A stretch of DNA of 41,131 nucleotides, taken from NCBI GenBank assembly GCA_003697105.1, contig RFFQ01000015.1, forward strand, positions 1 through 41,131, written 5' to 3'. The notes under the pieces are model-generated. The model searched no databases, was not told where the DNA came from, and was given only the letters and a program-made list of their open reading frames with translations. Position numbers and translations under genes: made by a program. Position 1 is the first letter of the stretch. Each line of letters begins with the position of its first letter. The stretch is from Gemmatimonadota bacterium (GTDB lineage: Bacteria > 4572-55 > J002). This document shows, in pieces, positions 19,038 through 27,755 of this stretch.

Positions 19038-20882
19038 TTAACGCAATATCCCTAATTTCCCACGCTGCACCATTGATCCCGCCTGAAAAGTGTACAAATA
19101 CACGCCGGCAGAAACGACATTTCCGGCATTATTCCGCCCATCCCATAAAATTTGATCGGCCCCCGCCGGACGTTGTTCATCCAGCACCTTACAGACCAGA
19201 TCACCGGCAAGATCGTATATCGTAATACGCACCGTTTGAGGCTGATTAAGAGTATAACGGAAGGTCACACTGCGTTCTCGCGGATGAAACGGATTGGGCG
19301 CAACGATTACCTCATTCGCTTCGGTTTGGATCGATCCGGCATAAAAGGGTTTTGCCTCAGCGGCATCACTGCCGGTGTTTGCCAGTACGACGGTATAGAA
19401 CCGGTCAGATAGTGGAGTTTCGATCATGTACGTGCCATTGCGCAGATTTTCTGCCGGAATTTCCGTCAACACTTCAAGGACATGTCCATCGGTTTGGTCT
19501 TCTTCCAACACCCATGCCTTAAAATCCATTGGATTCGCGGCGATTGCCAATTTGAGCGGTTCATTGGGTTGCGGGGTAAACCGGAAAAATTTAGCGGCAA
19601 AGGGCGCAATGGTTTGGGACGCCACGGTGAGGGTATCTGGTAGAATCGGGTCAACACCATCGCGGACATCCCCTCCATAAGAGCCGGCAACATCGTAATC
19701 TGCCATATTAAACTGGTACAGGCTGTAGCGCCCATCGTATTGCTCATCGGGTAAATCGGCATAATTGGCAATGACCCAATCTTGGAAGATATCTTCCACC
19801 CGATCCGCATAACCGAGGGTTTGCAAGGCTTCATTCATACTTTCCAAACCATTTCGGGGCGATTGGATGCAAGCGCGCACAAACGCATTTCCGCCGTAAC
19901 GCTCTGTAAAATATGCCATCCACGAAAGCACCTTGCCGTAATCGGCAAATGAAAATTCCCAGCCGGTGAGGGCAAGACCGGGATCATCAAAAAAGCCCAT
20001 AATCTGACCCGGATTCGTGCTGTTATCATCACCGGCAAAGTAGGCGGTCGGGTCGATGTAACCGGCGTTATACATGGCGTGCATGGAAAACGCCTCATCC
20101 AGCCAGACCTCCTCATCCTGGTCCAATCCCCAATGGATTAAGTGCTGGAATTCGTGTGCTAACACATCGGCATAATCTCCCCGCGTAATTAAGAAACTGT
20201 CCAAAGTGATCATCTCTACTTGATTACTGTAAAACCAGCCCAATCCGGTGAGTACCGCGCCGTTATGTTCAAAATTTTCGTACTGGTCAACCGGATAAAA
20301 ATAGCCGGCTACAATGCCCTTTTCGGGGCGGGAATGGTCATGAATATCTTCAATCAAAATGTAGATACGCGGGTCCCCGTCGATTTCATCCGGCGGCGTG
20401 CCGAAAGCCTCCTCATTCAACTGGTAAATTCCACGGTCGGGGTCTCCAGCCGTCGTTTTTTCAAATAGGTTGATCACCCCAATGGCGTAAAATTCCTGGT
20501 CGTATTGGGGAATGTGCGGGTTGTCATCCTCAATAAACACGTAGCAATGTTCGCCAATGGCGGCACAGGTGGCATGAACCAGCCGTTGCGAATCCGGCCG
20601 TCGTTGCTGGGCATCAATCACGAGACTCCAAAATGACCGTTTATCCCCCACCCGGATGGAATCCGCCGCGATGTGAACGTTTTTTGTTTTATGTTGAACA
20701 CCGGTGGCCGGGTACGGTTTTGTTTTAGGATAGCGTTCCGCCAAATCGTGCCGGATTTCAGACATAAACGGGTGCAGATCGATTCTTTTGACCGCAGGTT
20801 GGGCTTGCAGATGGCTGCCGAAACTGATCAGGTAAACCACGGTCAATAAGCGGACAATCCTGGTTGGTATCATGTTTGTCAT
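19038..20882 (-). CDS. Secreted HEXXH zinc metallopeptidase (M30-like) with C-terminal FlgD-Ig/T9SS-like sorting domain
   Basis: Signal peptide, FG.PP..IDGDPRIYIL, AGYF, LAHEFQHLIH, W.DE third-ligand motif, CTD PNPF..IYDLAG..WDGRN..G.Y..K..ILR. Confidence 0.85.
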   Translation of the reverse strand: MTNMIPTRIVRLLTVVYLISFGSHLQAQPAVKRIDLHPFMSEIRHDLAERYPKTKPYPATGVQHKTKNVHIAADSIRVGDKRSFWSLVIDAQQRRPDSQRLVHATCAAIGEHCYVFIEDDNPHIPQYDQEFYAIGVINLFEKTTAGDPDRGIYQLNEEAFGTPPDEIDGDPRIYILIEDIHDHSRPEKGIVAGYFYPVDQYENFEHNGAVLTGLGWFYSNQVEMITLDSFLITRGDYADVLAHEFQHLIHWGLDQDEEVWLDEAFSMHAMYNAGYIDPTAYFAGDDNSTNPGQIMGFFDDPGLALTGWEFSFADYGKVLSWMAYFTERYGGNAFVRACIQSPRNGLESMNEALQTLGYADRVEDIFQDWVIANYADLPDEQYDGRYSLYQFNMADYDVAGSYGGDVRDGVDPILPDTLTVASQTIAPFAAKFFRFTPQPNEPLKLAIAANPMDFKAWVLEEDQTDGHVLEVLTEIPAENLRNGTYMIETPLSDRFYTVVLANTGSDAAEAKPFYAGSIQTEANEVIVAPNPFHPRERSVTFRYTLNQPQTVRITIYDLAGDLVCKVLDEQRPAGADQILWDGRNNAGNVVSAGVYLYTFQAGSMVQRGKLGILR

Positions 20883-20896
20883 GGTTCAACAATGGG

Positions 20897-21523
20897 TTAA
20901 AAGCGGTAGGTCAACCGGGTTTGGATGGTGCTTTCCAACACGTCGGAGTTCACATGGAGGCTAAAGTGTCGTTGGCGTTTGTTGTAAATTCGGGCGGCGA
21001 TGATGGCATCTAGCACACTCACGGCATGGGTGATAAAAATCGCACTTTTGAATTGGTCGCGTACTTTCTTAGTATCGATATAATCCCCGTGTGCCTCACG
21101 ATAAACCTGCCATTCACGGGGATGTTCTGTAAAATCCCAACCGGGACCTTCAGGAGGCGTACCCCGTTTTTGGCGATACTCATCTATGGTCGAATAGCGG
21201 GAAAGGGCAAGATAATAGTCATCGGAATAGGTATCTGGGGGAATATCCCCGTATAAGTAGGCATATTCCTGATATTTTTCTTCTAACGCATTGACCCGGC
21301 TCGACTTGTAGAGATATGACCCCCAGACATAGGCGCCTAAACCCAGCATGGCGATACCGTTTTTAGTCGCACCGGTATAAAATTCGCCACTGCCGGGCAA
21401 AATTGCGGACATAAGGGCGGCTTTCCAGACCGGTTTGGGCGATGCCGTTTCTGCGGTGGTGGGGATCGCCCATGTCAGCAATAACCCCATTACGATCAGG
21501 TAAATCACTATTTTATGTGTCAT
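20897..21523 (-). CDS. DUF5683-like exported/membrane protein, paralogue 3
   Basis: Signal peptide, KAALMSAILPGSGEFYTG, H..S..DA, ends ..RLTYRF. Confidence 0.7.
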   Translation of the reverse strand: MTHKIVIYLIVMGLLLTWAIPTTAETASPKPVWKAALMSAILPGSGEFYTGATKNGIAMLGLGAYVWGSYLYKSSRVNALEEKYQEYAYLYGDIPPDTYSDDYYLALSRYSTIDEYRQKRGTPPEGPGWDFTEHPREWQVYREAHGDYIDTKKVRDQFKSAIFITHAVSVLDAIIAARIYNKRQRHFSLHVNSDVLESTIQTRLTYRF

Positions 21524-21565
21524 GATGCTATCTTTTTACGGGGAGAAGTTTCACTTAATTTATTT

Positions 21566-22288
21566 TTAGTAAGTATGTATCCAACTCAATTGAACGCCCG
21601 GGTTACGAATATCTTCATTTAAGTGTAGATGGAGTTCGCTGGTGGCTTCTCGACGGTGGCGCGCCAGACGTGCCACATCGACTACTGCCAGTAAACGATT
21701 GATCAGTGCCGCCCCAATCATATACCCTGCCCAACGTTCGTTTTTCCATGCCTCATCTTTGAGGCGGTCATAGGTGTACCATTTTTCTTTGCTTGCCCAC
21801 ATCCACCCTTCGGCTTCGCTATAGAGATGATCCGGTGCGCTGTCACTCAAGCGGGCATCCCGCCGTTGCGCTTCATTATAATCATCGCTGGTGTAATAAT
21901 CCTGTAAATTACTCCAATAATCACTCGACTTTCCGGCAGGGTCCACGCCGGCATGAACGGCGGCAAACAACTTGTATTCATCTTCGCGCCAGTGTTGCCG
22001 GGTTTTGAACCATGTTCTAGCAGACCAGACGGCGGTTTCCGTACCGAAAAAGAAGACGGCATGACGCCGAGAACCCAAATAAAGTTGCCCCCACCCCGGC
22101 AAAATGGCGGACATCACCATCGCTATTTTGCCAGATCGATGGGTCGCCGAAGCGTCTAGTTGGTGTGCGTCTGAAAACATCTGGGAATCGCCGGCGGGTA
22201 ATGTGAGTGGCGATAATTCCGACGATTGGGTTGCACCGGATTGGCTCAGCCCCAATAGGAAGATCAGAGTCACAAAAAAAGGTTTCAT
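21566..22288 (-). CDS. DUF5683-like exported/membrane protein, paralogue 2
   Basis: Signal peptide, KIAMVMSAILPGWGQLYLG, NR....D, ends ..LSWIHTY. Confidence 0.7.
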   Translation of the reverse strand: MKPFFVTLIFLLGLSQSGATQSSELSPLTLPAGDSQMFSDAHQLDASATHRSGKIAMVMSAILPGWGQLYLGSRRHAVFFFGTETAVWSARTWFKTRQHWREDEYKLFAAVHAGVDPAGKSSDYWSNLQDYYTSDDYNEAQRRDARLSDSAPDHLYSEAEGWMWASKEKWYTYDRLKDEAWKNERWAGYMIGAALINRLLAVVDVARLARHRREATSELHLHLNEDIRNPGVQLSWIHTY

Positions 22289-22302
22289 GTATGTGCCCGG
22301 TG

Positions 22303-23403
22303 TTAATAGGATTTAATCAGTGCCAATTTCGCTTCCGGTTCGCCACCTCGCCAATCGACTGAAAACTGCCAATCGAGGGGTTTGGGCTGTGAACGTTGCA
22401 TTTCCGCTAGATTTTTGTTGTATTTTTTCGTCAACCGGATAGCATCAATTGTGGCGGCGACATGGTTGACCAAAACGACACCCATTCCCAAATTTGCCTT
22501 ATCATATTCGGCTTCGGCATCATCACGCATCCGGTTGTACGTTGCCCGATTTGGGGAAGCATCATCACCAAGCACCGCTTCCGGGAAACCGGCATCATGT
22601 GGGCTCCACCCGTAAGGATGCTCGCGTTCCCAAATAAACGCCGTATAGGGGTTGCCCTGATCCGCAGTTTGATACCAATCATCCCAACCCAGAATATATT
22701 TATCATATTTACCAATATCTTCATAAAATTCATGATCGTACCGGGGATATTCATTGACTCCCGGCGTAAATACCCCGTTCTCATAGGTGCTCGTATCAAA
22801 ATAGAACTCTTCAGGGGGCGACCCCACCCCATCCCAACTAAATTCATTTGCCAGTAAAACAAAATGGGTACGACTGGGCACAAAACGATAGATTTCTTCG
22901 TCGGGGTCCCACACAGCCGAAACATAGATGTTCGTTCTGCCGTAACGGGGGTCGGTTTCATCCTCCAAAAAGACCGGATCGGCAAGCGCCACGTTCATCA
23001 AGTCATTCCGAACTTCAATGTACTGGTCAACGCTGTAGTGTTCATTCGCAAAGGCTTTGTATTCATCGGTTTTATCATCACCGTTGCTATTGAAGACAAA
23101 GTAGGTGGTCCAGGCGGCAATTTCTACCGCCGTGAAGATCAGCCCGTACTTTTCCCCCGCATACAAATGCCCCGACCCCGGCACCAATGCCGACATCAAC
23201 AGCGCTTTTCCCACGGATTTCTCGCCGGTGTTGGCGCTCATGTTCGCAGAATTTCCGTCGTCATCGCCTTGTAACAGCGCAAGGTATTCTGGCGTCTCCA
23301 CCGGATTAAGCAGATTATTCTCCAGATTTAAACCGGATTCCGCCCACAGCGCGGTGGGGCAAATCCACAGGCTGATGATTAACAGGATTAACACATTACG
23401 CAT
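22303..23403 (-). CDS. DUF5683-like exported/membrane protein, paralogue 1
   Basis: Signal peptide, KSVGKALLMSALVPGSGHLYAG, YE.IGKY..Y..GWDD, NH....IDA, ends ..LALIKSY. Confidence 0.7.
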   Translation of the reverse strand: MRNVLILLIISLWICPTALWAESGLNLENNLLNPVETPEYLALLQGDDDGNSANMSANTGEKSVGKALLMSALVPGSGHLYAGEKYGLIFTAVEIAAWTTYFVFNSNGDDKTDEYKAFANEHYSVDQYIEVRNDLMNVALADPVFLEDETDPRYGRTNIYVSAVWDPDEEIYRFVPSRTHFVLLANEFSWDGVGSPPEEFYFDTSTYENGVFTPGVNEYPRYDHEFYEDIGKYDKYILGWDDWYQTADQGNPYTAFIWEREHPYGWSPHDAGFPEAVLGDDASPNRATYNRMRDDAEAEYDKANLGMGVVLVNHVAATIDAIRLTKKYNKNLAEMQRSQPKPLDWQFSVDWRGGEPEAKLALIKSY

Positions 23404-23436
23404 CAGAACGGCTCCTTCAATTTAAGTCGATAAAAT

Positions 23437-26361
23437 TTATTTGATGATGGCAATTTTATGGAATTTCACATCCGACCCTTGCGCGGACACCGCTTCCAAC
23501 CGGCAGATATAAACTCCAGTTGCGATATTACTGATGTCCCACGGGGTCTGGTGCATGGGCGCATAGCCCTGATCGGTCAGTTCCGCGATTAAATCTCCGG
23601 CAAGATCGAAAATGTTGATGTGGATGGTCGCATCGGTGGTGAGTTGGTAGTAGATGCGGGTCACCCCGATTTGTGTTGCCGGATTGGGATAGGTATAGAG
23701 GGCTTCAATGGAGAGGGCTTCCGCTGGCGTTTGAGCACCCTGATCGGGTTGGACAACACCCGTCCGCTGCCAACCACCCCGGTAACCAGACCACATTACC
23801 TTATCGGCACTGGAAAGCATCCCATCCAGTAGTTGAGGGATAAATGATGCCCCGTTAATACTAATTTCAAGGTTGGAATCCTGGTCAACATCCACCAATT
23901 CAATGGACTGGGTATTCTGCGGGATCGCCAGCGGGAATCCCGCCATACGTGAGCCATCCGCCTGCCAGCCGTACAGATTTCCATCATTCATCGCCGCAAC
24001 AACATCCATTTCATCATCACCATCCCGATCAAAAATCAGCATATTTTCCGTTTTATGTGGCATAATTTCCGTTGAATCCATAACAACTTGGGGGAAACCG
24101 GCATACGGTGTGCCGTGGGCAGTCCATTTGGAGAGTGTTTGTCCGCTCTCATTAACCCATAGGATCGGGTTTCCCCGGGCATCGTATCCAACGGCAAGAC
24201 CCTGTATATCGGCAGTATGCGTCCGGAACGCGGCAACAAGCTGCCCCTCCAACGTGATCGAATACAGATGCTGGTTAACACCCACAAAGCAGTATTGAGG
24301 TGTCATGACAACATCTGCCTTTCGGATGGGTTCTTCCAGCAACGGCAGTTCCCACCGGATTCGATGATCGGCATCCAAAACGGTAAGATAAGATTGATCC
24401 GCTTCAGAGGAAAGAATGGCTAATAGATTCTGATCAAACGCCAATTGTTCAATTTGCCGCCGGGTTCGATAAACTTCAATTGCCGAATGTGAGGGTACAG
24501 AAACGCTCACCAACCGTGTTTCTATGCCATTTGTTTCCCCGAAAAGTACCGCGGCGTTGGATTCTGCATGATTTCCCGGATACCACAGGGGTTGGTGCGA
24601 GATCGTCCATCCCGAGGCGGCGGTGTAAAACACCAATTGATCCGGTTGAGGCACACTACCGCGTGAAATTTGGCATAATACACTTTGATTCGACAAATTT
24701 TGGGCGGCAAAAACTACCGTCTCAAGCTCTCCATGCGTCGAACTTGCCACACCTAATGGCGCAAACATCAAAGCGTGTAACTCCGTGGAAATCGTTTCAA
24801 GCGGGTCCAGACTCGAAGGCATGATGGCAATGTCCAGCAACCCATCGGCTCCAACCGGAAAAAAGAGGGTTCGATCCCCATCAAAAATGGCATACTCAGA
24901 GGGCGGCAATTCACGGGGAAGGTTCAACCACAAGCCCCGATTCACTGTCAGGCTCATTTCAGCCCCCGGTTCACTGATGTTGAAGATGGTAATCCCCGTA
25001 GTTGCCCCGCCGTTACTGCGGCTGTTCGGGGTGGAATCGTGGTCGAAACGGTCATTATTTCCGGCAAAAAAGGCATCTTTGTAGAACCCGTAGGCGAAGT
25101 AATCACCTTCAAAATCATCAAAATCTTGAATACCATCCGCTTCTTCCAAATCGATACCTTTACGGTGCGGATCAACATTGACGCGGTTATTTGCCAGATT
25201 TGCGGCAATTACATTCTCATCGATATGCCAAATTAGCAGCCCGGAGCCGGGAATGCTGTAATCGTACTCACCGGCATCAAAAAAGCCGTTGCCGTTGGCA
25301 TCCCGCTGGCGATTTTCAATCAGGTAATATTCGCGGTCGGTGATGGGTATTTTCAGCACATCCGGGTACTGTTCTGCCGCCCGAAGGGTGTAAGTTTGCT
25401 CACCCACATCAGCCACTTGCGGCGTGACCCAGCCGAGTTGTACCCGGCACCACGCTGAAAGAAACGCCGGACTAAAGCCTTTGTAATTCCACTGTCCAAA
25501 ATCGAGTAAATCCCACATCCCGACGCGAGTATCGCCGGTTTCGGTATCGTACAGATCAGGCAAACCCAACTGCCGTGCAAAAATTGCCGCCCAGTTACCC
25601 AGATTATCAATGATGATATTATCTTGGGAGTTGGTTTCTGCCACGATCCCGCCGCCGAAAATCGGAACACCATCGTCTGTTAGCAGATGATCCGTCCCTA
25701 GCACGTGTAGCAGGTCACCGGAAGAAATAAAGGCGGAAGGAATATCGTTGGGAGTATCTCCCATGATGTCAGTCGCGACGTTGCTGCCGGCATGGACAAT
25801 GAGGTAGGCGGTGCGTTCAGGAGCCAGATTAAAATCCATCGCTGGATCGGCATCGAGGGCAACAATCGCATCCTGAAAGAGTTCAACAAGGCGAGTAGGG
25901 TTGGGGTCATCTTCTGCCTGTTCCGCATAGTATGCCATCGGTTGTGGGAGGGTATAGGGGTTACCGGAACGCGGGAAAAGGTTATCTTCCAACAGGAATT
26001 CAGGAGCGTTTAACTGCAGTTGACCGTAAGAAACGGCATCATAATAACTTGCTAACTGATGAAGCTGACGAGCGAACCACGCCTGATCGTGGTCTTCATG
26101 GCTATCCGGGTACATCAGCATTTTGCCGGTGCCGGTCGTGGTACTGTCTTCATCGGCAGGGAAATCCACCAACACCGTAACCACACGCACCACACCGGTG
26201 GACGGAAAACCGGTCATACTGGATCGCGTACCGTGCTGTTGGTACGTGGTTTTAAGATGTGATCCCAGTTGCTGTAATTCTACATCGCTCCAATCCGTTT
26301 GGGCATATAGCCACCCAGCAAAACTTAACAATCCAATAATACATCCAGCAAAATAGCGCAT
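23437..26361 (-). CDS. M6 (immune inhibitor A)-like metalloprotease homologue lacking HEXXH, with C-terminal T9SS-like sorting domain
   Basis: M6 hallmarks V.LVDF, YY..VSYG, IVHAG, LGLPDLYD, W.L...G.W, AW.R..LGW, EYYLIENRQ, GLLIWHIDE, LEEADG, TPNS. Also GFP repeats and a CTD YPNP..IFDLAG..W..G.Y..KIAIIK. Confidence 0.85.
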   Translation of the reverse strand: MRYFAGCIIGLLSFAGWLYAQTDWSDVELQQLGSHLKTTYQQHGTRSSMTGFPSTGVVRVVTVLVDFPADEDSTTTGTGKMLMYPDSHEDHDQAWFARQLHQLASYYDAVSYGQLQLNAPEFLLEDNLFPRSGNPYTLPQPMAYYAEQAEDDPNPTRLVELFQDAIVALDADPAMDFNLAPERTAYLIVHAGSNVATDIMGDTPNDIPSAFISSGDLLHVLGTDHLLTDDGVPIFGGGIVAETNSQDNIIIDNLGNWAAIFARQLGLPDLYDTETGDTRVGMWDLLDFGQWNYKGFSPAFLSAWCRVQLGWVTPQVADVGEQTYTLRAAEQYPDVLKIPITDREYYLIENRQRDANGNGFFDAGEYDYSIPGSGLLIWHIDENVIAANLANNRVNVDPHRKGIDLEEADGIQDFDDFEGDYFAYGFYKDAFFAGNNDRFDHDSTPNSRSNGGATTGITIFNISEPGAEMSLTVNRGLWLNLPRELPPSEYAIFDGDRTLFFPVGADGLLDIAIMPSSLDPLETISTELHALMFAPLGVASSTHGELETVVFAAQNLSNQSVLCQISRGSVPQPDQLVFYTAASGWTISHQPLWYPGNHAESNAAVLFGETNGIETRLVSVSVPSHSAIEVYRTRRQIEQLAFDQNLLAILSSEADQSYLTVLDADHRIRWELPLLEEPIRKADVVMTPQYCFVGVNQHLYSITLEGQLVAAFRTHTADIQGLAVGYDARGNPILWVNESGQTLSKWTAHGTPYAGFPQVVMDSTEIMPHKTENMLIFDRDGDDEMDVVAAMNDGNLYGWQADGSRMAGFPLAIPQNTQSIELVDVDQDSNLEISINGASFIPQLLDGMLSSADKVMWSGYRGGWQRTGVVQPDQGAQTPAEALSIEALYTYPNPATQIGVTRIYYQLTTDATIHINIFDLAGDLIAELTDQGYAPMHQTPWDISNIATGVYICRLEAVSAQGSDVKFHKIAIIK

Positions 26362-26401
26362 CCAAACGTCCCTAAAACAAACTGAAAAGTAAAAATTAAA
26401 C

Positions 26402-26455
26402 GTTAGAAGTTCGGGAGTACGTGCCTGCCTCTAACTCCGAATCCCTAACTCCGGA
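26402..26455. repeat. Imperfect inverted repeat built from heptamer units (CTAACTC-type)
   Basis: Left arm GTTAGAA-GTTCGGG-AGT, right arm CTAACTC-CGAATCC-CTAACTC. The 13-mer GGAGTTAGGGATT is shared with 15207-15219. Confidence 0.4.
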
Positions 26456-27547
26456 TCAGAAATCGATAGCTAAAGAGTAGAAACGGTTGTAATCGGAAAG
26501 GTCACCACCGGGGAACATCCCGTAATCAATCTCAACGGTGTAATTGGCGAACTCCAACGCTACACCTCCACCAAACGAGGGACCGTCAATGTAGGAATCT
26601 GGACTGTTTGCCGCGCCGGGGGATTCCCGTTCGCGGGTGTAACCAACTCGCAGACCGCCCCCAAAACCAAAGCCGGTGGTTTCGTTCATGGGTGTGGCAT
26701 ACCAGACTTCTGCGCCAAAGCCCTGCGTGGACTCCTTCAACTCTTCGCTAATACCGTCATTGGTGCGGATCATTACTTTGTCATACTCGGCAGTGCCAGT
26801 AAAGCGCACGGCGCCGACTCGTTTGGTATATGCCAGACCCAACCGCAACGTCCGTGGAATCGGGTCGGCTTGGTCATCATTAATATACGTAATGTCTGGA
26901 CCAAAGTTTTGCAGATTCATCCCCAATTTCAAACCGGTCACCACTGGCACGTTGTAGAGCAGACCGATGTCAGTTGCCCATGTCATTCCGGTACCGGATT
27001 TATCTTGCTCCGTTTGACCGGTACCTTCATCTGCCAGATGGCTATAGATGAATTTTATGTTGAGACCCAGCGCCAGCGAAGGCATCAACTGCGTGCCGTA
27101 ACTGAAGGTAACGGCGCCATCATAGGCTTTGTCATAACCAAGCTCTTGCGCGTTTTCATCGGTGCGCAGGTATTCACCCATATCAAAGTAGCTCAACGAA
27201 AGTCCAAAATTCCCCCAATCTTCGAACTGTTGGGAATAGGTGAAATAGTAATATGCCAGTCCAAAATCCAATTCCGGTAGCCAATCGATACGAGTGAATG
27301 CTAATTGCCGGTCTTCGGTCATGTAGGATAGCGCGGCAGGATTCCACCACGTGGCGTAGGCATCACTGGTGGATGAGGTATTATCACGCCAGAAATCCGC
27401 CACGACGGATTGTGCCATCCCGGCACTGCGCGCACTGGGATTAAACGCCAAAAACGGCACGGCAGATGTTTCCGCCTGCACCACCGGAACCAACGCGCCG
27501 AACACAATCAGCAGAGTTAGCGAAACGATAATGAAAAAACGACTCAT
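26456..27547 (-). CDS. porV: PorV/PorQ-family outer-membrane protein (T9SS cargo shuttle-like)
   Basis: AVPFL...P.AR..GM, DA.A.WWNPA.L, WLP.L, Y...GE..RTDE, G.N.K.IYS.L, A.D.G.LY, G.NLQN.GP.I.Y....QADP.PR.LRLG. C-terminal F. AAGGAGG RBS. Confidence 0.88.
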   Translation of the reverse strand: MSRFFIIVSLTLLIVFGALVPVVQAETSAVPFLAFNPSARSAGMAQSVVADFWRDNTSSTSDAYATWWNPAALSYMTEDRQLAFTRIDWLPELDFGLAYYYFTYSQQFEDWGNFGLSLSYFDMGEYLRTDENAQELGYDKAYDGAVTFSYGTQLMPSLALGLNIKFIYSHLADEGTGQTEQDKSGTGMTWATDIGLLYNVPVVTGLKLGMNLQNFGPDITYINDDQADPIPRTLRLGLAYTKRVGAVRFTGTAEYDKVMIRTNDGISEELKESTQGFGAEVWYATPMNETTGFGFGGGLRVGYTRERESPGAANSPDSYIDGPSFGGGVALEFANYTVEIDYGMFPGGDLSDYNRFYSLAIDF

Positions 27548-27623
27548 AACAAAACATCCTCCTTTAAAGATGCTAAAAATGAAAATACACCAAAATAGGT
27601 CAATAGCGCATGCGGTTCTTTCC

Positions 27624-27638
27624 GCACGATATATGCCA
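27624..27638 (-). promoter_or_regulatory. Candidate sigma54 (-24/-12) promoter of the porV operon
   Basis: Minus strand TGGCATATATCGTGC has the GG-N10-GC spacing, about 77 bp upstream of the porV ATG. Confidence 0.55.
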
Positions 27639-27755
27639 TTTTGATCAACTTTGGTAGCTGTATTGATAATACATTCTGTTTCAATGGGTTAACTGATTTT
27701 AATGGCGGGACTGGACGGCTTCGCTAGGGGTTGGGAATTGTATATATTTTGCAAC

